This document shows positions 1 to 12,427 of a stretch of 64,000 nt of DNA, piece after piece. The translations under genes were made by a program, and so were the position numbers. This stretch comes from a virus: positions 1 through 64,000 of the IMG/VR virus record IMGVR_UViG_3300045125_000085; one strand, written 5' to 3'. The notes under the pieces are model-generated. The model saw nothing but the letters and a program-made list of their open reading frames with translations, did not search any database and had not been told where the DNA came from. How positions within the stretch are numbered: the first letter of the stretch is position 1; every line of letters begins with the position of its first letter.

Positions 1-1086
1 CTGGCTCTATCTTCCAAAGTCACCTCTCTGGCATACCGGCATTCCTGGCTGACTTTCAAACCGCCACTCGACAGTGAACTCGTAGAACTCAATCGCGTCT
101 TAGTCGCCCAGAAGATGGAGTTAGGTCGCTATACGTACGGCTAGCCTTCTCTAGCTCGATCGTGTATACTATCGAGTATCTAGTCGAATTTGCTTTACGT
201 CATGTCTACGATGCATCTATTAAGCTCGATGTCTCAAATCCTCGCACGCTCAGGGACAGTCATCGTGTCGCACGATATTCCGTCACTGCCGTGGGGATCT
301 ATGTCGAGTGCGATGTATCCTAAGGAGGCTTCCAGTACCGTCGAGCTTGTGCTAATGATCCTGCCACGTGTAACCACGTACTCGAAGAGCTGATTAACCT
401 GCGTAAGCTGCTGTGGAGTCGATCGTGCCGCACTGACTGACTGGCAGCGTGCACATATGGCGAGCTGGCGTAGTGCTAGTAAGGATATGGATAGCCTGAA
501 GAGAAGTATCGTGAAGAGATGCTGCGCCTGAACGACTATACCGTAAAGTTCCACGAAGACTACTCCGCAAGAAATGCGTATCGTCTTACGTAGTCCCTAC
601 TATCGCTGAGTATATCGATGCAGGCTGATATCGCTGGGTCGGCAGTATCGTCGATCTAGTCGAAAAGACTTTAGCTGCTAAGAATAATCAAGGTGAGCGT
701 GAAAAGCTGATCACGCAGTATGGCCAGGCTACTGCGATGCGTCAGTATACGCACTGGATCCGTAGCATAGAGAGTTCGATCACCAGGTCGTCGATGGTAA
801 TGAGATCCAGCGTACTATCGAAGATCAAGAAGCTATTGAGAAAGTCTGCGATGCACTGAGTGGCGATGATACGATTCGTAATCACTTCTTAGAACAAGTC
901 GCTAAGTACATTAACGAAAGTACGATCGCTGTCGTAGGTATACCGACGTATGATTGTCCGGCATGTCAGCTGACGCAAGAAAGCGCTCTGGCTCTACCGC
1001 ATCATAAGAACATCATCCCGCTCGATGTCCAACAGACTTTTTTCGCTTGACTCACTCAACGGATGCAAAGGATAGCAGTGCGCTGA
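1..1086 (+). CDS. Conserved phiKZ-like protein, 5'-truncated and frameshifted (possible baseplate hub-like protein with C-terminal CxxC)
   Basis: Fragments read ...TIAVVGIPTYDCPACQLTQES...IIPLDVQQTFF. Many indels prevent a continuous ORF. Confidence 0.5.
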
Positions 1087-1528
1087 GCGGAGACGCCGCA
1101 TATCGGTGATCCTGGCTTTGGCTATCGGGCTGATGGCAGTCGTATCGATGTGTATAACTTCTTAAACCGTGCGCTATTGCAGCTACCGGCATTGGAGTCG
1201 GTCGATGCACAGATGGTCATGCGTGATCTGTACGAGACTGAGTATGGGCTGTTTGACCATTTGTCGGCGCATAGTAAGCGACCGTTAGCGGCAGTAGCCC
1301 TACATAAGCAAGAGGATCCTGAATAGTAACTCTAGCTTAGAGTATGCCTTTAGACTGTACGTGAAGCATCGTATCTACGATGTGTTTCATCTTAACGTGT
1401 TGCAGTTTTAGACTTACCGCCAGATGTACTAGAGATGATGATCGTGATCGCTAAGGAACAGACCGTGACCCATAATAAAGCCATGGCTCAGGTCGAGAAA
1501 GATATGCAGATAAGCATGGTGAGCATAG
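1078..1528 (+). CDS. Conserved phiKZ-like hypothetical protein (frameshifted)
   Basis: Readable segments ...RDLYETEYGLFDH... and ...RLYVKHRIYDVFHLNVLQF-DLPPDVLEMMI. Overlaps the upstream stop and is followed by a hairpin. Confidence 0.45.
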
Positions 1529-1564
1529 TGCCCTGAGAGCTAGTATGCTCTCAGGGCACTATGC
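1523..1564. terminator. Inverted repeat GCATAGTGCCCTGAGAGC-loop-GCTCTCAGGGCACTATGC
   Basis: Perfect 18-bp stem between convergent genes. Confidence 0.8.
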
Positions 1565-1625
1565 CGAGCAAAAAAGGAGTGAGCGATCCAGAGCCCTAAG
1601 GACTCCAGACTGCTCACTCTTTCTC

Positions 1626-1883
1626 CTATATCGCTAACTCATACTCCTCTAGCGATATAGGAGAAGTGCTGTCATACTTAGGATAGTTATCCTTGAAATA
1701 AAGAATTTGAATGCCTCCCTCTACAGGACATTCAAACTTCTCCCACCTCCTTCATCAGACCCGCAGCCCGTCCAGGCTGCACGTGGAGTTATCCATAATG
1801 CACGTTATAGATACTTCTCCATCCTTTGCTAGAAGCTACCCATGTGCCTCTAGCTCCTTCTATCGAAATGCTTCGGTGTTCAT
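1626..1883 (-). pseudogene. Small early gene with in-frame stops (pseudogene or sequencing error)
   Basis: GAGG RBS and ATG (MNTEAF...WEKFECPVEGGIQILYFKDNYPK...), lying between an early promoter motif and a hairpin. Contains TAG and TGA in frame. Confidence 0.35.
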
Positions 1884-1973
1884 AATAACCTCAAGAGGCT
1901 ATGTTAAGTCTTCACAGCTGAACGATTGTGTAGACCAGGAAAAAGTGATAAACTAAGCCATTGATTGGCTAAG

Positions 1974-1990
1974 ATCATTCTAAGTATATG
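1974..1990 (-). promoter_or_regulatory. Early (virion RNAP) promoter motif
   Basis: CATATACTTAGAATGAT on the minus strand, matching the window-wide consensus CATATA(C/G)TA-N3-ATGA. Confidence 0.65.
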
Positions 1991-2071
1991 GGATTGTAAA
2001 AATTTGCACTTAAAGCAAAAGAAAAGAGCAGCATAAAGGCTGGTAGATCCTTGGACCTACTCAGCTAGCAC

Positions 2072-2682
2072 TCAGTGATAGTAGCGATGCATGCCTTTCA
2101 CATAAGGCATCATTTCCCGTATGACGTGAAACGGTAGCACGAACATCAATGCCTCATCGTCAAAGATAGCCATATTCCGGTATGTAGGTATATGGTCTTC
2201 AGCCTTACCAGGACTCCAGACTTGTAACCAACGCTTGACACGCCAATCATAATTAGCAGGCATGGCTGGATGGATCAGCTTAAACCTATGCTTATCTGAG
2301 CTGATACTCCATCTGCTGGATATCGGGGCATTTGCTCAGTAGCTTTAGAGTATTCATCAACGCATGGACTTCATCCCAAGTGATCGTGACGTGAGCCATG
2401 TACCTTTTTGTTCTCAGGCTTAATGCCGACTTGCAATAAGATCCTGTCGACGTTACCTATCAGCTCCATATTCCAGTATCCTGGCCTTTGCACTAGCAGC
2501 GGATATTTACCATCATCTTTCTGCTCCATACAATGCCCTAACTTCTGTGTCAGTAGTGGAAATAAGCTACCATCTTCACGTCTTTCAGTATAGGCGACTT
2601 TCTGACTGCCGGATGTCACTTTTCTGATTTGCCATAAGGCTTTTCCTCTTAGATTAAAAATTACAAAGTACCTAACTGCCAC
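2072..2682 (-). CDS. Hypothetical protein(s), probably one frameshifted gene
   Basis: ORFs 2371-2682 and 2072-2263 are co-directional; no recognised motif. Confidence 0.35.
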
Positions 2683-2875
2683 CGATTGTTCGGTAAGTAG
2701 TTAGGTTGAGTTCATCCAGCATAGTCGACGGCGTCTAGCATCGAGTGCAAGTAAGCCGGGGTCGCCACGGTAGAGCTCTCTTTGAGCGAGACGACCCGGC
2801 CGCCCTCTACAGCCATTAAGTACATAACGTATCGTCTATGCGTGTAAAGCCGTGACTGGGCAGTAATACATTCGT

Positions 2876-3429
2876 CTATCCGTCATGCCTAATGGCGGGT
2901 AGACTGCATGCGGGACGTAGTAGCCGTCTGCTCACGATACCGCCTATCGGGTATATGCCTATAGCCGATAGTAGTGCGCCTGCACGGATAGTCGTGACGG
3001 GATGTCGCTCTGCGCCTATCCTTGTCAAATACTGTTTGATCTTCTCACCCACATGTACATACCTCGCTCGATAGAAAAGAGGCTGGATCTCTACGACCCA
3101 GCCGTCACCTAGTGCTGACCGTCTACAGACAGCAGGATGGTTGTTAATATAGTCCTTGATAGCTTCAGGAGTAGTATTAGGGAAATATACTCCGAAGCTA
3201 CGTTCTGCTATCCATGCTATCCCACACGGCACTCTGAACGTACTAGCGTACTGCTCGACTAGTCGCCAGAGTATCTCCATCTTAGGCTTCCACGCACTAT
3301 CCTTAAGATGCCACGGATGATAGATGCCGTACCAGCTATCTATTTGGTTTAAATCCACTACAGGCCGATAAGCTAGACTATGCTGAAAGCTTTCAGTAGT
3401 AGTGAGGTTATGAGAATCATGGATTGCAT
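2876..3429 (-). CDS. Hypothetical protein
   Basis: 160-aa ORF. A GGAGG RBS with ATG at 3429 suggests a frameshifted 5' extension. Confidence 0.4.
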
Positions 3430-3438
3430 ATAGACCTC

Positions 3439-5021
3439 CTATACGACGCCAGGATAGACGATATGCTTAGTCGTCAGGACTTTATCCTTGACTAGCTCTC
3501 ATGCGGTGCTGCTGGTATTCTACTTTGCTTAGGTATATTAGCAGCATGCCAGGCATAGAACTTCACATCACGATCTGGTAGCTCACGTAGACGTCCCATC
3601 ACCTGCTCATTACTCTGGATACTCCTCACACTGATCGTGAGGATGACGCAGCGTAATCCAGGTAATATCGATAGCTCGTTTACCTGAGGAGCCTAGCAGT
3701 ACGAAGACGCGGATATCGCTATCGATCACATGCTCGTATGGATCGTCTTCTACATAGCGAGCTACTGATCAGATGGGGATACTTAGCCTCGTAGAAACTG
3801 ACAGAGCTCAGTACACATCTGGATAGTAGCGGCGATAGACGGCTGCTCTATCACCCGGCTGATAGTCCTTAATATAGCCTATCTCTGGGTTCCAGTGCAG
3901 TAGCTGCTTATAGTTACTGAAGGTAGGATGATGCTTGAGGATAGAGCGCTCATAGGCCGTATGACTATAGCGCGTATCACCCCACCCAGTAGTCCGTACA
4001 CGCTCTGGTGTCTTTAACGTATACTCAGTAGGATAGTACTTAATATAGCGATCGTACTCCATACCTTCATAGCGATGCTCTAATGGAAAGACCCGCTTAT
4101 ACATCTTAGTCAGGAATGGATCTAAGTGCACTAATGTCGCCGACATAGCGATCAGGTGCGGTACATGCATGTACAGCATCGCTTTGAAGTTAGCATGAAA
4201 CTCCTGATGAAACTCATCGCACAGTACGAGCCCGATACCGAGTAAAGGCATCAGCTCATGCGGTGCACATCCATAGCCCATCTCTTCCCAACTACCCGGC
4301 CAATCTTCTTCTACCTTGTAGTAGTTCTGATGCGTACGCGTACTCATCAGGATGACTTTACTCTTAAGCTGATCTGTCTTAGCTAGCTGGATCACTCCTT
4401 TTAACTGACCACTACCGCTGACGGATAGCAGGTCCTTAGTATCTATATCTAAAGTGCTAGTAATGTCATTAGCCCACTTTCGATATAGGCTGGTTTAATC
4501 AATACTAGTACGCGTACATTGATACGTGCTGCTGCTGCTAATGCACTCAGCGTCTTACCTTTACCTGTCTGTACGCCTATGAACCTACTATACGTAGGCG
4601 CTAGCTTTAAGAAAGATTCTAGCTCAGTCGTATGGGTAGTAGGTTTAGCTAGGTATTCGACTATAGGGACTTGATAGTCTCTCAGTAGCCATTGTGGTTT
4701 TAATGGCATGGCTGTAGTCGGTAGGCTAGGTAGCGGTACGACTTCTTGCTCGTAGAGATCAGGGAAGATGTGGTTGCGTTCGAGTTGTTCGAGTACTTCA
4801 GGCCATTGGCCTATGTGGAAGCGATACTGCAGTGCGTCGGGTGATCGGTAAGCGAACACCTTACCGCGTACACGTTTCCATTGCCTTTCTCTCTGATGAA
4901 ATCAGGCTGGGTAAACTGATCACACAGTCGATCGAAGATCCAGCGGACGCGGTCCTGTCGGCCTGAGGATCTGCACGAAGTGTGAGTAAAACTTAGCTGT
5001 GAATAAAGGATCATAAGCCAT
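3439..5021 (-). CDS. SF2 (DEAD/H-like) helicase, phiKZ gp75-like; frameshifted
   Basis: LRDYQ Q-motif, TGKGKT Walker A, DEFH, SAT motif III. Syntenic position after nvRNAP beta'. Confidence 0.85.
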
Positions 5022-5093
5022 GACGGGCCTCGCTATAAGACAATATCTATACCATCCCCCATCGCCGGTAAAAAATACCGATACTAGGCAAGG

Positions 5094-5110
5094 CTCATAC
5101 TTAGTATATG
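5094..5110 (-). promoter_or_regulatory. Early promoter motif upstream of the helicase
   Basis: CATATACTAAGTATGAG. Confidence 0.7.
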
Positions 5111-5134
5111 GTCTTCTAAAAAACTCTAGTAAAG

Positions 5135-5168
5135 CAAAAAAAGAGCACCGACTAGGGTGCTCTTTTTG
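5135..5168 (-). terminator. Intrinsic terminator (AGAGCACC stem with T-tract)
   Basis: AAAAAAAGAGCACC-GACTA-GGGTGCTCTTTTT; related copies near 6238 and 41776. Confidence 0.75.
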
Positions 5169-5200
5169 GCCTACACTGAGTATAGGCCATAGAGGAGCCT

Positions 5201-5419
5201 CTAATAGGCCCTCCAACTTATTAACATGTGCATCTGTGGTATATACACCACAGAGCCATATTTCACGCCCTTGTCATCCTTGACATAGTGTCTTCCATTG
5301 TAAAAATCACTCCATGCGATCTTAGCGCTTCCTTGCGCCGTTTCCCCCTTCTTACAACGTAATCCATGTTCGTCAGCTATTACGCTGACGTTTCCTTCGA
5401 TAGCAACAGTCGTGCTCAT
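5201..5419 (-). CDS. Small orphan early protein (about 72 aa, MSTTVAIEG...)
   Basis: GGAGG RBS; flanked by its own promoter, leader hairpin and terminator. Confidence 0.6.
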   Translation of the reverse strand: MSTTVAIEGNVSVIADEHGLRCKKGETAQGSAKIAWSDFYNGRHYVKDDKGVKYGSVVYIPQMHMLISWRAY

Positions 5420-5486
5420 GATACACCTCCTCGGGCATACGTTAACTCTACCTACCGAGCAGATAGGCAGAGCTGAAAGGGTTTGC

Positions 5487-5546
5487 GATCTCAGCAGTAG
5501 GCTAAGATCATCTTTACTATATGTGTTTATAAAAATCTGCACTTTA
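5487..5546 (-). promoter_or_regulatory. Early promoter plus conserved 5' leader hairpin
   Basis: CATATAGTAAAGATGAT. The 25 bp GATCTCAGCAGTAGGCTAAGATCAT is identical to 42266-42290. Confidence 0.75.
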
Positions 5547-5612
5547 CGCGATTCTATTCTAGTCGACATAGAGCCTAGAGCCTAAAATGCTCTAGGCTCT
5601 TATGCTGTTTAA

Positions 5613-6148
5613 TCACTCTACTACCATTGCTGCCATTTCTCTAACGATGCTTTTAATGGCTTACGTAGATTATCCATAGATAACTGACTAGCGGCTTCAC
5701 ATATCCCATCACCGATTAAAGCATTGTAACGCTTTGCCAGATCCTCTATCCCGCTCGCTGTCACCCACGTGATCGCATCGAACTTATGTGGCTCTAATAT
5801 CCTAGGCTGTTTACCACGTGCTATATCGGCTTTATAAAAACCAATAGTGATTCTCGATCTGCGTAATCTCTGGGAAGTACGCTTTCTCTAAAGCATCTGC
5901 TTTACGAGTCTTGCGATACTCCATAATCTGCGTTAGTCCTACTAAATCCACACCTAGCTCTTCCTGGGGTACTTCTCTACGTAATCCTTGCTCAGGTGTC
6001 TCGCCCTCATCAAGTCCCACCACCTGGCAACAATAACACACGCCAATCCTTGCCTCACTTTTGTTTCTAAAGTTCCTGATCATGACCAAGAAGGTCTTAT
6101 CACTACACGTGTAAGGAAAACCCGTGTGCGTTCATTCTGCACCAACAT
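5613..6148 (-). CDS. Nudix hydrolase (frameshifted)
   Basis: Nudix box G-LDEGETPEQGLRREV-EELG. Confidence 0.8.
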
Positions 6149-6301
6149 GACATCACCACTTATACTGAATATACAGAAACGATCATAGCTCACACCATGA
6201 TCATCCGTAGTATGTGGGATCTAGTACATCTGCAATGAAAAAAAAGAGCACCCACTAGGAGTGCTCTGTAAAGGCATCGAGCTCCAGCGAGGTAGTGATC
6301 T

Positions 6302-8353
6302 TTAAGCTGGTGGTGGGATCACAGCTTCAGGTAAGATAAAGGCATCCAAGATACAGTCCGGTCGATCTAGCTGATAGAAGCTCCTAGGATCCATGATCAA
6401 CTTCATCTGCTCTTCGTAAGCATACGCTGTCGATAGACTACGATTCCGCAAGGTAGCTCTCGCTACGCCTAAGGATGCAGTCGTAGAGTTCCTAGCTAGT
6501 CCGTACAGATCGTTACCACCATCGGTGATCATCGAGGCATAGATGATCACTTCTAAGAGTGCTATGTTCACATTCAGCTTAGTATTCACTAAGTTAAATA
6601 GATCTACCAGCGTACGTATCGGTGAATCAGGTCGATTACGCTCAGTCAAGTCTTTGATCCTAGACTCGATCAGAGTAGCGATCTGACCTGAGTGCTGTGA
6701 GTATGAATACTCCATAGCCGGTAACACGAATAAAGGCAACTCATGGTTCCAGTCAGATAAGTCAAACACTAGGTTAAACTTACTGTCAGATACCCACTTG
6801 TACAGCTTACAGTAGTGTAAGAAGTCATGACTCATGATAGCCATCCTACCGTGCTGACTGATCTGCATCTACGTCCTATAGCGTGTACCACGTTCCTCTA
6901 ACTCAGTACTATGCTATCTATGCTACTGATGCGTGTCAAGTCTAAGTCTTCTATCCTAGGCGCTATGTGTACATCAGTCAAATTACTGACTTCAGTCTGT
7001 GCTACTAGTAGTCTAGGCTTACTGTTCAGTGCCTCCTTCTTTAGATAGTAAGCATTATTCTTGCCTTTAGTAACGAAGAACTGCGATGTGACTTCATTTA
7101 GCAGGGAGTGGTTCTGCTTTAGAGCTCGCATCCAGATGCTTATTTGACAGCACTGATTGCGTGGTCTGCCTAGTGATAGAGGCTGCACAGTTATGACCTA
7201 CATTAGTCTCGTGGTTGAAGTTATCAGCCATTTGACCGAAGCAGACTTTACATACGGCATGTGGATCAGCATCCCTGCAAGTCAGTACGCTCCTTATCAG
7301 GATAGTCTGACCGACTAGATCAGTATCGCTCACTTTGAGTATCTTTAACTGCTCACCGACTGGATTACCTTTATCGTCCGTAGTCAGGTAGTACTTACCT
7401 TCTAAGAAAGTAAGATCGCCTGGGTATACGTCATTACCCGTCTTTGTGGAGGTTTGACTATCCAGCGTACGTAGTTAGTACTGCCACAATCACCATCAGG
7501 ATAATAGTGCTGCTGTTTAGTCTCTGGATCCTCTACAGATACGTCTTCGTAGTGGATGCGTTCTACTACCATAGCTAGCAGCTGTAAGCGTCTAGCAAAG
7601 TACTCAGCATCCTGTAATGGCGACTCAGCGAAGTAATGACTCTTTGCAGCCGAACGTGACTCTGCTGCAAAAGTCGTACAGACTCCGCATCCCTTGCGTA
7701 TAACTACGCAGTACTGGATAGGTGAAGATGTGTCCATCTACCTCAGTAGGAAAGCCACGTGGGCCTACGCACTGCAGTACTTGGTTTTGGTTCACCATCT
7801 GTGAGCGGGTAGCACGAGCGAGGGCATTATCACCTAGATCTTCAGCTTTATTGAGCGAAGTGATCAAGGCTTGATAGGCTCTATCTATAGACTCCTGACT
7901 ATCGTTGAGTCCTGCTAGTACAGGAGCTATCTCTGGATAGTCTATCACCTGCAGACAGTCGAGTATGTCTACCGATACTACGAAAGCTTCACCTCTATGA
8001 CTGAGATCTACATAGAGCTCATTGACGATCTCGTACACCATCTTAACGAGAGGATCTCTTTGCTGCGGCGTCTTGAGCCGATAGCACTCTACTACGTCCC
8101 AAAACACACTACCGACTAGTTTGATATGCGTCTTAGCTGAGATCACCTGTCCGTTAAGGATCACATCTAAGTGATGGTGCGGTAAGATAGGCGTCTGCGG
8201 ATACTCTCTATGCATCCGCCAGAAGTAAGAGCTATAGCCAGTCGCTCGATAGTTCGTACTAATCACAGTGCCGTCATCGAACTTAAGGTTAAAGTCACCT
8301 ACCAGCAAGTCCCATAGCTCTGCCGTACTGTAATTGTAATAGATATCTAGCAC
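6302..8353 (-). CDS. Non-virion RNA polymerase beta' C-terminal subunit (phiKZ gp74-like); frameshifted
   Basis: Q-VGPRG, ESRSAAKS...YFARRLQL bridge-helix region, RSVLTC...VCKVCFG Zn site, TQSVLSNKH trigger-loop region. Confidence 0.9.
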
Positions 8354-8368
8354 TCAAGGTCTTTACAG

Positions 8369-10603
8369 TCATGCATCACCTCCCATAGGGGTCATTTTAC
8401 CTGCAGGTCTATAGACCATACGCCAGCCACCACACATCGCTACATGACGTACTAGACTCAGCGGCTTAGATCCACCGAGCGGTATCTGCTGCCTATCTAT
8501 AGCAACTGGTATATTAGTCGGTCTATCAGCAGTCAAAATATTCCACACTATGTGTCTATGCGTAGTAGGGCTAGTATTCCTATCCATCATCTCAGCTATG
8601 GCTTCCTTACCACAGTAGCTGACGAAGATCCTACCTTCAGACTCACCGATAGTACGTACTGGACTATTACGATGTGGAAACGCGTACTTCTGCGCTCTCG
8701 GTCACGGGTGATAAGATACCGAAGTGCTGTAGTGTACCTGCAAGCTACTGACGATAAAGCGTCCGTGATTTTATCTAGTAGCATCATGTACAAAGGCGCT
8801 ATGCGTACGGGATACTGAGTCACTACTCTCTGACCACTATAACCTACATAGCTGACAGGGCCATAAGTAGGATTGTACTCCTGCTGTAGTCGTCTAGCGA
8901 CATCAGCGATCTCATACTCATGATCCGTAGGGTAGAATATCAGCCCACCATTTTCCACCAGTCTAGCTAGATGGTCTAGCTTATCATCTATAGATAGTCC
9001 ACTATAGTGCTGATATTGCAAAGGCGATACGGTCTGATAAAAGCCTAAGCGATAGCGATAGGCATTCTCTACCCTAGATGCATCAGTCTTATAGATCTCC
9101 TTAATAGCAGCTAAGGCACTCGCGTAAGGCTGCTTCTCTAAGCCTAGCATACTCCTGACTGTCTTAGTCACATCGCGCTCACACGGCACCGAAGAACATC
9201 TCATACAGTCGGCCTAAGTTCATACGACTGAAATGTCGTCTCTGCACCTACGACGATATCCGCTCGATTACCTGCTGCATCTACCGGCATGTTCTCAGGC
9301 TTCTCTATGTAACAAATCACACCTTTACCACCTTGACAACACGTCAGCTTATAGCCGATCGTAGGCTGTACCGTATACTCGATAGTAAACTCGACTCTAT
9401 AGTCGTCGAGCGGTACTTTTCTATACACTAGGTTAAGCCTGCTATTAGTCTTACCGCAAGGTTTACCTAAGACGGCCATGGCTTCTACTAACAGTCTGTG
9501 GAGTTCAGGCTTGAGTACGATCTCAGCTTCACCATACTTCTTCCTACGTTCGCTACGTATATGCTCGTACGCATCCAATAGCTCACGGTAAAAGCGTTTC
9601 AGGGCACGAGTGTATTTATTCATACCGCTCATGACTCCTTCAGGCGTAGGGCTATTCTCAGCCTCATCGTGGTAGATCTTGATATCGACGATTTTGCCTG
9701 ACTTGATCTCTATAGGCTGCCCATTCTTCTCACCCTGCATGACTGTACCTGGCCCTCTGACATAGATGGCGTCGTCGAAAATAAAATCAGGCGACATGCA
9801 GTCTGTGATACTCGTGAGTACCGGTCCTAGATCTTGATCATACCTACGCAGCATCGCTAAGATCCCATCTTCACGGATCAGCTGACCTATCTCTGGGAAA
9901 GGCTGGTAACGATTAGCATGGCCGTAGAGGTTTAAAGGAAAGGTACTTGTACCAAACTCCACGACGCGCTTCTCATACACCTTGAAACGTAAACGTGGCA
10001 ACACATCTTCACTGATCAAGATGCCGTCCTCAGCTACAGCTGGATGGGACATCCCGGCTACGTTCAACTCTATACCGAACTTATAGCCGCCGTACTCACT
10101 GATAGAAGGACTATTAGCAAAGATGGTATCTTTCTCTATATAGTCAGTACCCGCTACTTTACTTAATCCAGGTAAAAGTCGTTTGAACTCAGGCGTCATC
10201 TTGTACTCAAAGCCAAAGTACTGATGAAATGACGCAGTGTCTAGGTATGACTAAGCAGCCTATCTCAGGCATACAGTTGACATTAGGATCTCTTATTACC
10301 TCTTCGTAGATCACTACAGTCTCTGGGTTCTCAGGGATGGCATCTATATCGATACCAGCAGGATAGCGGTCTATCACACGTAGCACTCGCATATCGCATG
10401 GTGCTTTCGTTGAATACGTAATCACCTAACCTGCACTCTACACCTGTCTGAAAGCGTTTCTCAGTACTGCCTTCTATGACAAGATTCTGTGAGATATGCG
10501 AACCATACATCACAGCACGACTAGCACTATTCGTACCAGTCGCAAAATTAGTTGCCTGAATACCTAATAATTCAGGATGTAGCTCACTGGGTTTATTGCT
10601 CAT
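8369..10603 (-). CDS. Non-virion RNA polymerase beta subunit (phiKZ gp71-73-like); frameshifted
   Basis: NSASRAVM..SH, EDGILIS, GYKL...GGKGVI, MP-D--G--ADI motifs. Confidence 0.9.
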
Positions 10604-10635
10604 ATCTACCTCTTATGACGTTAAGCCTTGATTAG

Positions 10636-10652
10636 CTCATTTTTAGTATATG
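10636..10652 (-). promoter_or_regulatory. Early promoter motif upstream of nvRNAP beta
   Basis: CATATACTAAAAATGAG. Confidence 0.7.
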
Positions 10653-10672
10653 TAACACAAACAGGTTCCATC

Positions 10673-11012
10673 ATGCGCTTACATTCTTTAGCTGCCTCTA
10701 CCGGTGAAACTACTTATTACACCGATGGTTATCGCTGGTTGATCGAGAGTCATTATAGTCAGTTTATCAAACAAGGCTATTTGACATGTGTACAACATAG
10801 ACGGCCAGATGGCCGGTAAGTATCACGGTGATCTATACGGCTTACTCGATGCACTACGTATCCCTAAGCAGCATCATTGGTCGGTCTTGTTTTTCAATCG
10901 TTATCGCCATCCGGCTGATTACGATCAGTCTACTAGCATGTTGTTAATTCCAGATGCTAGTTATCTGGACATATTGCTGCAGAGTCTATAAGACGCGTAA
11001 ACGTCTTATCTA
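10673..11012 (+). CDS. Conserved small phiKZ-like protein (frameshifted)
   Basis: Joined ORFs MRLHSLAAS...YRWLIESH and KYHGDLYGLL...W.VLFFN...IPD; divergent from the RNAP genes. Confidence 0.55.
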
Positions 11013-11055
11013 GCTTTAAGAGCCCGAGTGAGACTCGAGCTCCTATGCCGTCTAT

Positions 11056-12420
11056 CTACACTCCGTAGCTGGACGCCAGGAGGTATGGAGGTGGCGGGCT
11101 AGGATAGCCTTGAGCCCCGTATACTCCTGGTTGGGGATACGGGTCTGGGGCGGAGGATATCCAGGCTGCTGGATATCCTGCTTGCTGATAACCTGGCTGC
11201 GGTGGATAGCCGGGCTGGTGCAAATCCTTGCTGAGGATAGCCGGGAGGCATTTGTCCTTGAGGGTTATAAGGACCACCCGCATACGGTGGAGGCTGTGGC
11301 GGACCCCACTGTGGTGCGGCAGGTGCGAACGGATTCGCACCCATGGCTAACTGGCTGGCTTATTCCTCACTAGACTATTAAAGTCTAAGCCACGTGACGT
11401 ATATTGCGAATCCGTTTGTACTGGTGGTGCACCAGGCATCGGTGGCGCCATCTGTGGCGGTGGTGCCGGTACCGGATGGCTCGGAGCCGCTGCGACTGGT
11501 GCAGGCTGTGGCGGTGGTGCAGCCGCTGCATCGTTACCGAGCTGCGGCGGTATCCGACGAATCAAAGGTAGCAAGCTATCCAGATTCTCAAACGCCTCTA
11601 CCCAATCCGCACTGAAGCGCAACATATCCATCGTCACACCTGCTGCTTCATCGATCATGTAATCCTGATATTGCTCCATGATTGCATTGAACCGACTAGC
11701 TACATTCATAGCTGAATGCATCAGTGCTTCTAAGTACGGTGCTACTGGCTTATTACTACCGAAACTATATTGCTCAGGCATATCGATACCAGGCAATATG
11801 AATCGGTATAGCTCCCTTAGCGTCAAGCGATCCTTGTTACGTAGGTTGACACCGAACAGTGCGCCTTTATCTGCCTTGAGTTCTTCATACACCGGGAAGC
11901 TAGTCACACCCACCTCTAAAGTAACGCTGACCTTTATACGTACCACCGTAGCGCACGTAGATATCAGCGAAGGACTTCTTCTGGATGAAGACCTTTTGGA
12001 TCAGCTCTGACCAATGTGCTTCCAGCATCGTGCTGTCAGCATCCTTAAGCACTACTAACAACTCCGTCTGATCCGGACTGAGTTGCTGATGCAGCTTAGG
12101 TGATGCTGGCCAGTCGCAATAAAGACTGAGCGATGATACCGAACGAGTAGTTCAGGCGGATGTTGATACATTTCCACCAAACATGACTACCAGTATCCGG
12201 CTCACCTTGGTTGAGGATATTCTCGCTGAGTGGGTGGAAGATTACCTTCTCCTTAAGGTTGCCACTGCGGAGTTGGGCATCCGTAGGTAAGACTACGGGT
12301 AAGCCCTTGACCATGGTGTAGCTGCTTGTCTTCGTTGACGAGCGCGTGGACCTGGCCTTGGTCATCTACCTTCTTACCGGCAAATGCCAGTATGTCGGTA
12401 TAGATTTGCTGAATGTCCAT
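11056..12420 (-). CDS. Conserved nucleus-block protein (phiKZ gp70-like) with P/Q/G/Y-rich tail; frameshifted
   Basis: MDIQQIYTDILAFAG...VLPT...IFHPLSEN...FPVYEEL...YSFGS--PVAPY. Lies between picA and nvRNAP beta. Confidence 0.7.
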
Positions 12421-12427
12421 GTTGACC

